DNA from: Dehalococcoidia bacterium
GTDB lineage: Bacteria > Chloroflexota > Dehalococcoidia > UBA6926
Assembly (NCBI GenBank): GCA_963666115.2
Contig: CAXXET010000007.1
Coordinates: forward strand, 32,001 to 96,000
Length of the DNA stretch: 64,000 nt
Reading direction: 5' to 3'
Shown here: one piece after another, positions 1 through 10,078 of the stretch
Position numbering within the stretch: the first letter of the stretch is position 1
Layout: each line of letters starts with the position of its first letter
Translations under genes and position numbers: made by a program
The notes under the pieces: model-generated
What the model saw: the letters and a program-made list of their open reading frames with translations, nothing else
Told to the model about the DNA's origin: nothing
Databases searched by the model: none

Positions 1-635
1 CTGCCCGCGTAAATGATCGGCAAGCGCGATTCCGTGATCGCGTGAACCGCCTGGCGAAGGTTGTCGGGAGCGGGCGCAATGCGCGAGACGGGCGCGGGAT
101 CGCGCAGTTGTATCTCTTCCCGCTCAACACCGGCTTCCGGCGGCAGCTCCACCAGCACGGGACGGGGACGGCCGGCGCGCATCTGGCGAAAGGCCTCCGT
201 CATGGCGTTCGGTATGTCGCGGGGGCGCAGAACCTGCCTGCGCCACTTCGTGACGGGGCGCACGGTTTCCATCTGATCGACAACCTCGTGCACGGCCCCG
301 AGGTCTTTGCCAATCAGCGCGCGCGGTATCTGCCCCACGATGGCCAAGACCGGCGATGATCGCGCGTACGCTGTCGCCAGCCCGGAGGCGCCGTTGTAGA
401 GGCCCGCGCCCGGGACAAGCAGCGCGACACCGGGCTTGCCGGACACGCGGGCATACCCGTCCGCCATGTGCACGGCGCCCTGCTCATGCCGCGTTGTAAC
501 CAGCCGGATGGAGGGTTCATCCCGCATAGCCGCGACGATGCCGGACATGTGGATGCCGGGGATGCCGAAGACAACCTCGACGCCCTCCCGAACAAGTGAG
601 GCAACAAGCGCTTCGCCGCCGGTCATCGTTGCCAT
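1..635 (-). CDS. Thiamine pyrophosphate-binding protein (acetolactate synthase-like), 3' end outside window
   Basis: Own translation from ATG 635: MATMTGGEALVASLVREGVEVVFGIPGIH...TTRHEQGAVHMADGYARVSGKPG, a typical TPP enzyme N-terminus; not in ORF track. Confidence 0.9.
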   Translation of the reverse strand, partial: MATMTGGEALVASLVREGVEVVFGIPGIHMSGIVAAMRDEPSIRLVTTRHEQGAVHMADGYARVSGKPGVALLVPGAGLYNGASGLATAYARSSPVLAIVGQIPRALIGKDLGAVHEVVDQMETVRPVTKWRRQVLRPRDIPNAMTEAFRQMRAGRPRPVLVELPPEAGVEREEIQLRDPAPVSRIAPAPDNLRQAVHAITESRLPIIYAG

Positions 636-643
636 GGACGACC

Positions 644-1849
644 CTAACGCGGCAGGCCGAGACCCCGCTGGGCAATCAAGCCCGGCGCGAGCAGGATGCC
701 GCCGCCGCCCGCGTAACCCGTCACCATGGAGAGGGCGTAGTTCGTGCCGTACATGCCATTGTCAGGAGACCGCCCCTCGCCCTGCAGCAGCGCGCGGTAC
801 GGGCCCATGATCTGCGCCAGCGCCGGCCAGAAATTAAACTTCGCCATCATCGAGGAGTACAGGTTGGCAATCAGGCTTTCCGATTGCGGCACTTCGCCCT
901 TGGATTGGAGCCAGATCAGGCGCAGGGACAGCATCCGCCCCGTCTCGACACGAATGCGGAGATCGGCAAGCTGATGACGGACGAGAGGGTCGTTCAGCAC
1001 CGGCTCGCCGTTGAACTTGAGGTTCTTCGCCATGTCGAGGAACTTCTCCAGCACGGCGACGTTCCTCGCGCCCGTGCCGCCCGCACGCTCGAAGTTGAGC
1101 GTCGTCATGGCCGCGTACCAGCCCCGGTTGACCTCGCCAATGACCTGCCGCTTGGGAACGCGAACTTCGTCCATGAAGACCTCATTCCAGCGGCGGCGGC
1201 CAAACATGTCATAGAGCGGCCGGAGCGTGATGCCGGGCATCTGGCCCCCGTCATCGTCCTTGAGTTGCATGATCAGGTACGTGATGCCGCGGTGCTTGGG
1301 CGCGGAGGGGTCCGTGCGGGTCAGCACGTGATACCAGTTGGCGTAATGAGAGCCGGACGACCATATCTTCTGGCCTGTCACAACGAAATCGTCGCCGTCC
1401 TCGACCGCCCGCGTTGTCAGGCTTGCGAGGTCCGTGCCGGCGTTCGGCTCGGAAAATCCCTGCGCCCAGTCGATGTCGTTGGTCGCCATCTTGGGGAGGA
1501 ACTCGTTCTTGATGGACTCTTCAGCGTGGTACATCATCGCGCCGGTGATGTTGGCGCTGGGGCTGCCCTGTGGCGCGCCCGCGTACGCAAGCTCATCGGC
1601 GTAAATAACCTGCCGGGACAGCGGAATGCCCTGCCCGCCGTACTCCTTCGGCCACGCCATCGTCCAGTAGCCCTTGTCGACGAGCTTCTTCTGGAAGGCC
1701 TTGGCGTCCTCGCGGTACTCCGCGCTGTCAAAGTCGTAACCGAAGACGTTGAGGTCCGTGTTGTAATCCTTGGGGTCCCATTCCCGCCGAACGAACTCCC
1801 GGATTTCCTGCCGAAACGCCTCATCCTCAGGTGCAAATGTGAAATCCAT
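644..1849 (-). CDS. Acyl-CoA dehydrogenase (FadE-like)
   Basis: QGFSEPNAGTDLASL, GQKIWSS, NEVFMDEVRVP, TTLNFER, RGLGLPR. Confidence 0.92.
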   Translation of the reverse strand: MDFTFAPEDEAFRQEIREFVRREWDPKDYNTDLNVFGYDFDSAEYREDAKAFQKKLVDKGYWTMAWPKEYGGQGIPLSRQVIYADELAYAGAPQGSPSANITGAMMYHAEESIKNEFLPKMATNDIDWAQGFSEPNAGTDLASLTTRAVEDGDDFVVTGQKIWSSGSHYANWYHVLTRTDPSAPKHRGITYLIMQLKDDDGGQMPGITLRPLYDMFGRRRWNEVFMDEVRVPKRQVIGEVNRGWYAAMTTLNFERAGGTGARNVAVLEKFLDMAKNLKFNGEPVLNDPLVRHQLADLRIRVETGRMLSLRLIWLQSKGEVPQSESLIANLYSSMMAKFNFWPALAQIMGPYRALLQGEGRSPDNGMYGTNYALSMVTGYAGGGGILLAPGLIAQRGLGLPR

Positions 1850-1912
1850 TACTGCCTGCCTCTCCTTAAATCAGTCAACGTCAGCATACCACGCAAGGCG
1901 GATTCTAGAGGA

Positions 1913-3100
1913 TTATCGCGGTAGTCCCAGTGCCCGCTGGGCGATGATGTTCTTTTGAACTTCCCGCGTGCCGCCGCCGATGCTGAGGCCCGTCGCGAGG
2001 ATGGAGTTCACGCCCATGAAGCGGCCCGCCGGCGCCCACTTGTCCTCCGGGCGCAGTTGACCGTAGTCGTCCAGGATGGACGCGATGCCGCGGTAGATGC
2101 CCTGGTGGAGCGCGTCGCCCCACAGCTTGGTTTGCGAGGACTCCTTGACGGGAATCTCGCCCCGCGTCTGCATCCACGCCACCCGGTAGGAAATCATGCG
2201 CGCCACTTCGATCTGGAGGCGCATATCCGCGAGGATGTGCCGCACCCGAACGTCATTGAGCAACGGCTCGCCGTTTACCTTTGCCTCTCTGGCGTATTCG
2301 ATGAACTCCTCAAGGGTGCGCAGCATCCGCGCAGGCCCGCCGATGTTCGACCGCTCAAAGGACAGGTGCGTCATGGTGGCGTACCAGCCCCGGTTGACTT
2401 CTCCCACCATGTTGCGCTTAGGCACGCGAACCTCATCCATGAAGACCTCGCTCCAGCGGCGGCGTCCGAGCATGTCATACAGTGGACGGAGAATGATGCC
2501 GGGCGACTTCATATCGATGATGAGATAGGTGAGGCCACGATGCTTGGCGGCCTTAGGATCAGTGCGGACAAGCGCCTGCCCGTAGTCCGCCATCTCAGCC
2601 ATCGACGTCCATATCTTCTGGCCGGTCACGACGAAATCATCGCCGTCCTCGACCGCGCGCGTCTGGACGCTGGCCAAATCGGAGCCCGCGCCGGGCTCGG
2701 AGAGGAGTCGGCAGAACTCGATCTCCGCCGTTGCATAGTGGGGCAGCAACTCATCACGGTGCCATTCATTGCCGTGGAACATGAGGACGGGGCCGACGAG
2801 GTCGCTCGCGCCGGAGGCCGGCGCGCCCCAGTAGGCCATTTCCTCCCTGTAGATGAGCTGGCGCGAGATGGGCGCGCCCTGCCCGCCGAACTGCTCGGGC
2901 CAGTGCAGCGTCCACCAACCCTTGTCGGCCAGCTTTAGCTGCCATTCCTTGACCAGGTCTATCGCCTCATGCGTGTGGAGGTCATAGGACGCGATGGACG
3001 CGCCAACGGAGTCGTAGCCCTTGGCGTCCCACTCTGTGGTGACGAAGTCACGGACTTCCTGGCGAAACGCCTCATCTTCCGGTGAGAATCGAAAATCCAT
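1913..3100 (-). CDS. Acyl-CoA dehydrogenase (FadE-like)
   Basis: Start moved to MDFRFSPED (GAGGAGG RBS); SEPGAGSDLAS, GQKIWTS, GGTREVQKNIIAQRALGLPR. Confidence 0.92.
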   Translation of the reverse strand: MDFRFSPEDEAFRQEVRDFVTTEWDAKGYDSVGASIASYDLHTHEAIDLVKEWQLKLADKGWWTLHWPEQFGGQGAPISRQLIYREEMAYWGAPASGASDLVGPVLMFHGNEWHRDELLPHYATAEIEFCRLLSEPGAGSDLASVQTRAVEDGDDFVVTGQKIWTSMAEMADYGQALVRTDPKAAKHRGLTYLIIDMKSPGIILRPLYDMLGRRRWSEVFMDEVRVPKRNMVGEVNRGWYATMTHLSFERSNIGGPARMLRTLEEFIEYAREAKVNGEPLLNDVRVRHILADMRLQIEVARMISYRVAWMQTRGEIPVKESSQTKLWGDALHQGIYRGIASILDDYGQLRPEDKWAPAGRFMGVNSILATGLSIGGGTREVQKNIIAQRALGLPR

Positions 3101-3113
3101 GGCCCTGACCTCC

Positions 3114-3350
3114 TCAAAGTGAGACGGAGAGACAGGTGACGGTGCGCAGAATACCCCCAATCGTGTGGATACGGCTCGCAACGAGGCTGCCGACTGTATT
3201 CAGGTCTTCTGCTTCGATCGTCGCGATGACATCGTACGGGCCCGTGACCGCATCAACGGATGTCATCTCTGGAACCTTCTTGAGTTCATTGACGACATCC
3301 TGCGTCTTGCCGACGGAAGTCTCTACCAGTATGAAAGCGCGAGTGGCCAC
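3114..3350 (-). CDS. Lrp/AsnC ligand-binding (RAM) domain protein
   Basis: AFILVETSVGK...VTGPYDVIA...GILRTVTC; GTG start inferred. Confidence 0.85.
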   Translation of the reverse strand: MATRAFILVETSVGKTQDVVNELKKVPEMTSVDAVTGPYDVIATIEAEDLNTVGSLVASRIHTIGGILRTVTCLSVSL

Positions 3351-3438
3351 GTTAACCCCCCAGAATTCCCTACCTGCCAAAGCCGTCAAAGGCGGCTTAT
3401 TCTAGGCGCGGACGGGCGAAAGTGTCAATCGCGGCTGC

Positions 3439-4398
3439 CTACGACGATGCCCCGTCGAAGCGGCCCTTGAAATACTCCGCCACCGCCTGCAGGAACGCCT
3501 CGGGATGGGCCTCAAAGGCCCGGCTGTGGCCATCCCCGGGGAAGCGGATCAATTCGGATTGGGCATGAGTGGCGGCATCCGCGATACGCTCCGAATGTTC
3601 AATCGGTATCCGGTCGTCGTCCTCGCTGTGAGTGAACAGTATCGGGAAATCGAGTTGATCCACGAATTCCTCTGGCTTGAGGTCCGAGAGGCGTATGCCG
3701 TAGCGTACTCTCGCGACGACCTCCATGCCCGGGCGGAGCGCGCCGACGCTCCACGCCGGCAGCGGTGTCCGGTCGGCGACCTCCGCCGCGAACAGGTCAT
3801 TGATGTTCGCAAAGGCGCTGTCGATGACCAGGGCCTGTAGCCGCGGCTCCTCAGTCGCGGCGAGCAACGCCGCGACGCCTCCCAACGACCACCCCAGCAC
3901 GCCGATGCGCTCAGGCGGCACGCCGAAACGACTAGTGGCGGTGTCCATCGCGCCAAGCACGTCGTAGCGTTCGTAGTAGCCGGCTGACGTGATCTCCCCG
4001 CCCGACTGCCCATGCGCGCGCAGATCGAAGAGGAGCAGTGAGAAACCTTCATCACGCAGGTCGCGCACAAAAGGCATGTAAGCCTCCGGTTCGCGGGCGC
4101 GGTTTGAATCAAGTCCGTGAACCACGATGATCGCGGAGGGTTCGCCGGCTTCATCACGCGCGGCGGGAATCCACCACCCCCGCAATGTGATCGGCTCGTC
4201 ATCCGCCCGTTCTTCAATCATGCGCGGCATGAAGCCTACATCCACGAAGTTCATGCCGTAGTCGCCGGGGTTGGCCTCTACAGACTCGCGTTCTGCCACC
4301 ACCGCGGCGGACACCATCATCCACCCGATGATCAGGTAGACGGCAACCAACAGCCCCAGCGCCGCAACTGCAGCCCGGCGCGCCAGAATCAGGTTCAT
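3439..4398 (-). CDS. Membrane-anchored alpha/beta hydrolase
   Basis: N-terminal TM segment, VHG, DLRAHGQSGG, GWSLGG nucleophile elbow, late D and H. Confidence 0.88.
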   Translation of the reverse strand: MNLILARRAAVAALGLLVAVYLIIGWMMVSAAVVAERESVEANPGDYGMNFVDVGFMPRMIEERADDEPITLRGWWIPAARDEAGEPSAIIVVHGLDSNRAREPEAYMPFVRDLRDEGFSLLLFDLRAHGQSGGEITSAGYYERYDVLGAMDTATSRFGVPPERIGVLGWSLGGVAALLAATEEPRLQALVIDSAFANINDLFAAEVADRTPLPAWSVGALRPGMEVVARVRYGIRLSDLKPEEFVDQLDFPILFTHSEDDDRIPIEHSERIADAATHAQSELIRFPGDGHSRAFEAHPEAFLQAVAEYFKGRFDGASS

Positions 4399-5708
4399 CC
4401 GGCAGCAGGCCCAACGTCGCCGGAAAGGCCGTCCTCACCCAGCAGCTCAACGCGCGTTTCGTCGCCCGCCTCAAGCCGTGTCACGTCCTCCGGGCAGATC
4501 GCCAGGCCGTTGGCCCGCGCCATCGCCGTCAGGATATTGGACCCCTGCGGGCCGGACAGGCGCGCGTGCATCCGCCCGTCGTCACCGCGATACACGTGGG
4601 CGCGGGCGTATACGCGGCGGCCATCCTCATTCTCAATTGGGTCATCGAGCACGGCCATGAGCGACGGGGAGTCCCAGGAGGCATGCCCCATCATCTTGTT
4701 CAACGCCGGACGCGCCAACATGTGAAACACGACCATTGCGCTTACGGGGTTGCCGGGCAGGCCGAGATGCGGCACGTCACGCCCCCACGGTTCCTCCGCC
4801 CCGCCGCGCAGGATGCCAAACACGACGGGTTTTCCCGGGCGCATCCGCACGGCCCACACGCGCAGGTCGCCAAGCGACTGCAATACCTCTTTGACAAGGT
4901 CGTAGTAACCCACGGAGACGCCTGCGGATGTGATGAGGAAATCGGCGTCCCGCGCTCGTGCCACGTGGTCGCGAACCGACTCCTCCGTATCGCGCGCAAT
5001 GCCCAGCGGGCGGGCGATGCCGCCCATCTGCTGGACGAGGCCCTGCACCGTATATGTGTTGATGTCATAGATGTGTCCTACACTTAGTTCTTCACCGGGC
5101 GAGGCAATCTCATTGCCGGACGCCAGTATCGCCACAACGGGGCGTGGATGAACGGGAACGCTTGCCATGCCGACGGACGCAAGCACGCCAAGCCGCGCGG
5201 GAGTCAATTGCGTGCCCTTTGTCAGCACCGTGTCGCCTGCCTGCACGTCCTCACCTGCGGCGCGTATTGACATGCCCAATCGTGGAGAGGCGTATATCCC
5301 GATGGCGTCAAGCGGCAGCCCCTTTTCCCTGCGGCTTTCCTCGTCCGTGTCCTCGAAGCGGACGATGGTGTCCGCGCCGGGCGGGATTGGGGCGCCCGTC
5401 ATGATGCGCACGGCGGCGCCCGGCGTGACGGCGGGTTCGGGCGGCGATCCCGCCGCGATCTCGCCAATGACGGGCAGCGCCATGGGTGAGTCCTGGCGCG
5501 CGCCCGCCACGTCCTCTGAACGGACAGCGTAGCCGTCCATCGCGGAGTTCGGCAGCGGCGGTATGGAGACGGCGGAGCGAACGTCCTCAGACAGGACAAG
5601 CCCGTTGGCGTCGGCAAGGGGAACGCGCGCAGGCGTCAATGGCCGGACGTCGGCCAGAACGCGCTCAAGCGCCTCTTCAACAAGGATCATCCCGGTCTGT
5701 GTCGTCAT
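4395..5708 (-). CDS. moeA: Molybdopterin molybdotransferase
   Basis: NSAMDGYAV, RIMTGAPIP, MRPGKP, GLPGNPVSA. Confidence 0.95.
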   Translation of the reverse strand: MTTQTGMILVEEALERVLADVRPLTPARVPLADANGLVLSEDVRSAVSIPPLPNSAMDGYAVRSEDVAGARQDSPMALPVIGEIAAGSPPEPAVTPGAAVRIMTGAPIPPGADTIVRFEDTDEESRREKGLPLDAIGIYASPRLGMSIRAAGEDVQAGDTVLTKGTQLTPARLGVLASVGMASVPVHPRPVVAILASGNEIASPGEELSVGHIYDINTYTVQGLVQQMGGIARPLGIARDTEESVRDHVARARDADFLITSAGVSVGYYDLVKEVLQSLGDLRVWAVRMRPGKPVVFGILRGGAEEPWGRDVPHLGLPGNPVSAMVVFHMLARPALNKMMGHASWDSPSLMAVLDDPIENEDGRRVYARAHVYRGDDGRMHARLSGPQGSNILTAMARANGLAICPEDVTRLEAGDETRVELLGEDGLSGDVGPAAG

Positions 5709-5747
5709 GCCGTCTACTCGCGCCTCTCATCGCATGGGCGCTTGCCA

Positions 5748-8210
5748 TCATGCCTGGGAGCGAAGCGCCGCGCCCGTCTCTCGTTGCAGTTTATCCAACA
5801 ACTGCGCCTCTGCCACGTCTACCTCAGTATCCGTCAATGTGCGCGTCGGTGACTGCCATACAAGCGAAAAGGCGAGAGACTTCTTCCCGTCCGGCACTTG
5901 CGGCCCGTGATAGACGTCCACGAGGGAAGCTCGCACGACGGACGGAAAGTCGCGGATGATGTCCCCCACCATCCCTGCAGGCGCGCCCTCGTCGATAATC
6001 AACGACAACTCCCGCAGCACGCCGGGGTAGCGGGAGACGGACTGCCACGTCCGCTCGGCCTCGCGGCGATGGTCGAGGGCGGCGTGCAGATCAATCTCGT
6101 AAAGGACGACACGCGGTGCGCGAATATCGAGCGCCGCCAGCGTATCCGGGTGAACCTCGCCGATAGTCCCGAAAGGCCGTCCGCCGTCCTCCGGCAGGAT
6201 ATGAGCCGTGCGCCCATGCGCCAGGATGCGGTCCTCGGCGGGTTCGTAGCGTGCGCGGACACCAATCGCGCCAAGCAGGCTCTCGACAAGTCCCTTCGCG
6301 TCGAAGAAGTCCATCTCGTCGGTGGCGGCCTCGTTGCCGCCGATCCATGAACGATTCGCCCGCATTCCCGCCATCACGCCGGTGACGTATGTCCGCTCCT
6401 CCGGCTGGTGGCGCGGGCCGTGCGGCAGGTACGCCTGCCCGATTTCGAAGAGCCGGTACGATTCCCTGCCAATGCCGCGTTCATTGTTCGCAAGCGTTCG
6501 CAGCAGGCTGCCCCGCAGCGTGGTTCTCAGATACTCCTGGTCGGGCGACATGCGATTCCAGACGCGCAGGGGGTCCTGCGGCGCGTCGCCGGGGATTGTG
6601 GTCTGCAGCAAATCCATCGGCACCAGTGGATAGGAAATCGTTTCCCGGTTGCCAAGCCGCACGAGAGCATCGCGCACGTCGTCCTTGATCTGCGTTATGG
6701 GCTCCGGCAGGTCAGGCTCGCCGGTGGCCGGCAACAGTGTGACCGGCACGGCGTCATAGCCGACGATCCGTGCCACCTCCTCGATCAGGTCGTCCGGTAT
6801 CCCGATGTCCGTCCGCCAGTGCGGCATGACCGCGTCGATAGTGTATTCACCGTCTGCCCTGTCCGTGGCCGTCACCTCAAAGCCGAGCGAACGCAGCGTC
6901 CGCTCCGATACCTCACGCCCCGGGTCGCTGCCCATCACCTGCTTCATGCGCTCCGATGTCATGGTCACAACCCCAGGATCGCGGCGGTCCGGCCAATCGT
7001 CCGCGATACCCCTGGCAGCAGTCCCGCCGCAGAGTTCAACCAGCATCTTGGCGGCCCGGCGGAGGCCGATGGGCGGCAGGGTAATCGGCAGATTGCGCTC
7101 GAAGCGCTGGGATGCCTCCGTGCCCCGCTTGCCGCCCACCTCGATGCGCCGCCGCTGCACCGTGCGGCGTGTGCTGGCGAAGCCAAATGACGCAGACTCC
7201 AGGATGATGTCTGTCGTGGAATCCGAGACTTCCGAGTTCTCACCACCCATGATGCCGCCCAGGCCGACCGGGCCGTTCTCATCCGCGATGACAAGGTCTT
7301 CTGTGGAAAGCGTGTGGACGCGCCCGTCCAGCGTCATGAGCGGCTCATCCGGCGTCGCGCGCCGCACGATGAGTTTGCCGCCCGCAATGGTGTCGCGGTC
7401 GAATGCGTGGAGCGGCTGCCCAATCTCCAGCATGACGTAGTTCGTGATGTCGACCACGTTGGAGATGGGCCGCACACCGGCGGACTTCAGCCGCAGCTGC
7501 ATCCAGCCCGGCGCAGGGCCGACGGTCACGCCCGTGACCAGTGCCGATGTATAGCGCGGCGCAAACTCCGGCGCGCGCAGGTCAACAAGGTCCGTCGTTG
7601 TTATCGGGTCTCCGTCCTCGGCGTACTCCAGTGAGGGCACGCGCACCGGATTGCCGGTAAGCGCCCCCACCTCCCACGCAACGCCCATCATGGACAGGCA
7701 GTCAGGCCGGTTGGCCGTAACTTCAACGTCCAGGATGACGTCGCCCAGGTAGTCCTCCAGAGGAGTGCCGGGCACGGCATCATCCGGCAGGACAAGGATG
7801 CCTTCATGGTCATCGCCAAGCGCAAGTTCTCGCTCGGAGCAGATCATCCCCTCCGAGACGACGCCGCGAATCTTCGCCGCCTTCAGCGTCTCCCGGTTGC
7901 CCGTCTCCGGGTGTGTCAGTGTGGCTCCGACGCGGGCGAGAACGATCTTCTGACCGCCCTCCACGTTCGGCGCCCCGCAGATGACCTCCAGTTGCTCCGA
8001 GCCTGTATCGACGGTGGCCAGCTTGAGACGATCCGCGTTCGGGTGCGGGCCAAGCCGCTCAACGTGGCCGACGAGGATGTTGTCCCAATCCCCCCCGACG
8101 CGCTCGATGGAGCCCACCTCGAGGCCGGCCATCGTCAGCCGATGCGCCAGCTCCTCCGGCGTCAGGTCAAAATCGACGTATTCTCTTAGCCACTTGAGCG
8201 ACACGCGCAT
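5748..8210 (-). CDS. pheT: Phenylalanine-tRNA ligase beta subunit
   Basis: MRVSLKWL, HPNADRL, CGAPNV, NRPDCLS, DLIEEVARIVGY, C-terminal FDX-ACB domain. Confidence 0.97.
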   Translation of the reverse strand: MRVSLKWLREYVDFDLTPEELAHRLTMAGLEVGSIERVGGDWDNILVGHVERLGPHPNADRLKLATVDTGSEQLEVICGAPNVEGGQKIVLARVGATLTHPETGNRETLKAAKIRGVVSEGMICSERELALGDDHEGILVLPDDAVPGTPLEDYLGDVILDVEVTANRPDCLSMMGVAWEVGALTGNPVRVPSLEYAEDGDPITTTDLVDLRAPEFAPRYTSALVTGVTVGPAPGWMQLRLKSAGVRPISNVVDITNYVMLEIGQPLHAFDRDTIAGGKLIVRRATPDEPLMTLDGRVHTLSTEDLVIADENGPVGLGGIMGGENSEVSDSTTDIILESASFGFASTRRTVQRRRIEVGGKRGTEASQRFERNLPITLPPIGLRRAAKMLVELCGGTAARGIADDWPDRRDPGVVTMTSERMKQVMGSDPGREVSERTLRSLGFEVTATDRADGEYTIDAVMPHWRTDIGIPDDLIEEVARIVGYDAVPVTLLPATGEPDLPEPITQIKDDVRDALVRLGNRETISYPLVPMDLLQTTIPGDAPQDPLRVWNRMSPDQEYLRTTLRGSLLRTLANNERGIGRESYRLFEIGQAYLPHGPRHQPEERTYVTGVMAGMRANRSWIGGNEAATDEMDFFDAKGLVESLLGAIGVRARYEPAEDRILAHGRTAHILPEDGGRPFGTIGEVHPDTLAALDIRAPRVVLYEIDLHAALDHRREAERTWQSVSRYPGVLRELSLIIDEGAPAGMVGDIIRDFPSVVRASLVDVYHGPQVPDGKKSLAFSLVWQSPTRTLTDTEVDVAEAQLLDKLQRETGAALRSQA

Positions 8211-8219
8211 CGCGTCGTC

Positions 8220-8528
8220 CTATTCCGTTCGCTCCGTATCGTCAGCCGTTTCAGTTCCGTCGTCGCCACCGTGGTCCTGCCCCTGCTGCGCGATGGACTC
8301 GGCAGTTGCGAGGTCGCTCGGCCCCGCCGCCATGTGCCTCATCGTAAGGCGGAAGCGCGGCGGCTTGTTTGAGGTTGACCGCACAAGGTACACGTTCCCG
8401 CACGCATGACAGTGAAACCGGTGCGGCACCAGGTTCGACGGCAACCGGCTATGCCCTTCATAGTAGACGAGGGCATTGCAGCTGGGGCAATTCTGCCGGG
8501 TGGGGACGGGACCGCCGAGCGTGGTCAT
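8220..8528 (-). CDS. Hypothetical zinc-ribbon protein (CPSC...CHAC) with acidic tail
   Basis: Two CxxC motifs; co-oriented and tightly packed between pheS and pheT. Confidence 0.6.
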   Translation of the reverse strand: MTTLGGPVPTRQNCPSCNALVYYEGHSRLPSNLVPHRFHCHACGNVYLVRSTSNKPPRFRLTMRHMAAGPSDLATAESIAQQGQDHGGDDGTETADDTERTE

Positions 8529-8555
8529 GCCGTATGCGCGCCCCCGGCCAGCGAA

Positions 8556-8816
8556 CTATGCCTCGCGCAGCGAGACAAGAGTGTCCTGCTCCGTATCCTG
8601 GATTTCACGGACGACCCCCATTCCCTCGGCAACCGACATCGGGCCAAGCATATCGCGCTGCGCGTCGCGCAGTCTGTCGGCCAGTTCCATGAAGTGGACG
8701 CGCCGGTCCGTGTCAATCGACCTCTCGGCCGCCGAACCCACGCACCCCAACAGTATGCCGAACTCCTCCGGCGACAGCGAAAGCGCGACCTTTACCTGTT
8801 CTGCCCGTTCAGTCAT
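8556..8816 (-). CDS. Hypothetical protein, 86 aa
   Basis: Strong GGAGGAGG RBS; in pheS-pheT operon. Confidence 0.7.
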   Translation of the reverse strand: MTERAEQVKVALSLSPEEFGILLGCVGSAAERSIDTDRRVHFMELADRLRDAQRDMLGPMSVAEGMGVVREIQDTEQDTLVSLREA

Positions 8817-8873
8817 CTCAACCTCCTCCGATTCTCGGATTCCCTCTCTGCGTCCCGCGCTGTTCCCACCAAC

Positions 8874-9926
8874 CTAGAACTGCTCCAAAAAGCTCAGATC
8901 GTTGGCGTAGAAATGCCGTATATCGTCGATGCCGTGCCGGAGCATCGCTATCCGTTCCGGCCCCATCCCAAAGGCGAAGCCCGTGTACTCATCAGGGTCA
9001 TAGCCGACACGCCGCAGGACCTCCGGGTGAACCATGCCGGCGCCCATGATCTCAATCCAGCCGGTTTGGCTGCAGATGCGGCAGCCATCCTCGTCACAAG
9101 CGAAGCAGTCGATGGCCATGTCAACTCCTGGCTCAACAAAGGGGAAGAAGTCACAGCGAAAGCGGACGCGGCGGTCTGGGCCGAACATGCGCCGCGCAAA
9201 CGCGTACAACGTGCCTTTGAGGTCTGCGAACGTGATGCCGCGGTCAACGGCGAGGCCCTCAACCTGGAAGAAGACGGATTCGTGGGAGGCGTCCGTCGCC
9301 TCGTGCCGGAACACGCGACCCGGAACGAGCACGCGGATCGGCGGCTCCTGCGCCTCCATGATCCGCACCTGCATCGGCGACGTGTGCGTTCGCAGCAGCA
9401 GCGGCCTCTTGCCGTCATCATCCTCGATGTCGAGCCACAGGGTGTCCCATTGATCACGGGCCGGGTGGTCTGCCGGAATGTTCAGCGCCTCGAAGTTGTA
9501 GTAGTCCCACTCGACCTCGGGCCCCTCGATGACGCGAAAACCCATCGGCTTGAACGCGTCGATGATCTCGCGCATCGTCTGGGTTGTGGGGTGCAGCCCG
9601 CCGGAGGGGACTTGGCGTCCCGGCAGCGTCACGTCAATGGCCTCTGCCGACAGCCTTTGCGACACGCTCGCGTGCTCAAGCACGGCGCGGCGCTCCTCAT
9701 ACGCGCTTTCAAGGGCAGAGCGAACGCGATTGGCAAGCTGCCCCGCCTCGCGGCGATCCTCAATGGGGAGCGTCGGCAACTGCTCCAGCAGCTTGGGAAG
9801 ACGACCTTGACGACGCCCCTGCCACGCCACACGCCATTGTTCAAGCGCATCCCTGTCCGAGATGCGCCCAAGCTCAGCGAGCGCGCTGCTCTCAGCGTCA
9901 GCAAGTTCGTCGGTGAGTGTGGACAT
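8874..9926 (-). CDS. pheS: Phenylalanine-tRNA ligase alpha subunit
   Basis: HPARDQWDT, LRTHTSPMQ, FFPFVEPG, GFAFGMGPERIAML. Confidence 0.98.
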   Translation of the reverse strand: MSTLTDELADAESSALAELGRISDRDALEQWRVAWQGRRQGRLPKLLEQLPTLPIEDRREAGQLANRVRSALESAYEERRAVLEHASVSQRLSAEAIDVTLPGRQVPSGGLHPTTQTMREIIDAFKPMGFRVIEGPEVEWDYYNFEALNIPADHPARDQWDTLWLDIEDDDGKRPLLLRTHTSPMQVRIMEAQEPPIRVLVPGRVFRHEATDASHESVFFQVEGLAVDRGITFADLKGTLYAFARRMFGPDRRVRFRCDFFPFVEPGVDMAIDCFACDEDGCRICSQTGWIEIMGAGMVHPEVLRRVGYDPDEYTGFAFGMGPERIAMLRHGIDDIRHFYANDLSFLEQF

Positions 9927-10004
9927 GTTCCCCGCGCCTATGTGACTGTCCGTACTCGATAACCGGAATCAAAAACGCCCGTCCCCTGACGGACAACAGC
10001 AGTG

Positions 10005-10034
10005 ATTATACCGCCTCCCCTATTGAGCGGTCAA
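10005..10034 (-). promoter_or_regulatory. Sigma70-type promoter of pheS operon
   Basis: Minus strand TTGACC-N18-TATAAT about 80 nt upstream of pheS. Confidence 0.7.
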
Positions 10035-10078
10035 CCTGAGCCGCGTCTCGCGCCGTCAGCGGGACACGCGATGCCGCC

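Noticed and set aside
8406-9962. Long antisense ORFs, e.g. 518 aa opposite pheS; also 596..1924, 31883..32911 and 50627..52066
   Set aside because: Shadow frames of well-supported genes in high-GC DNA; no motifs
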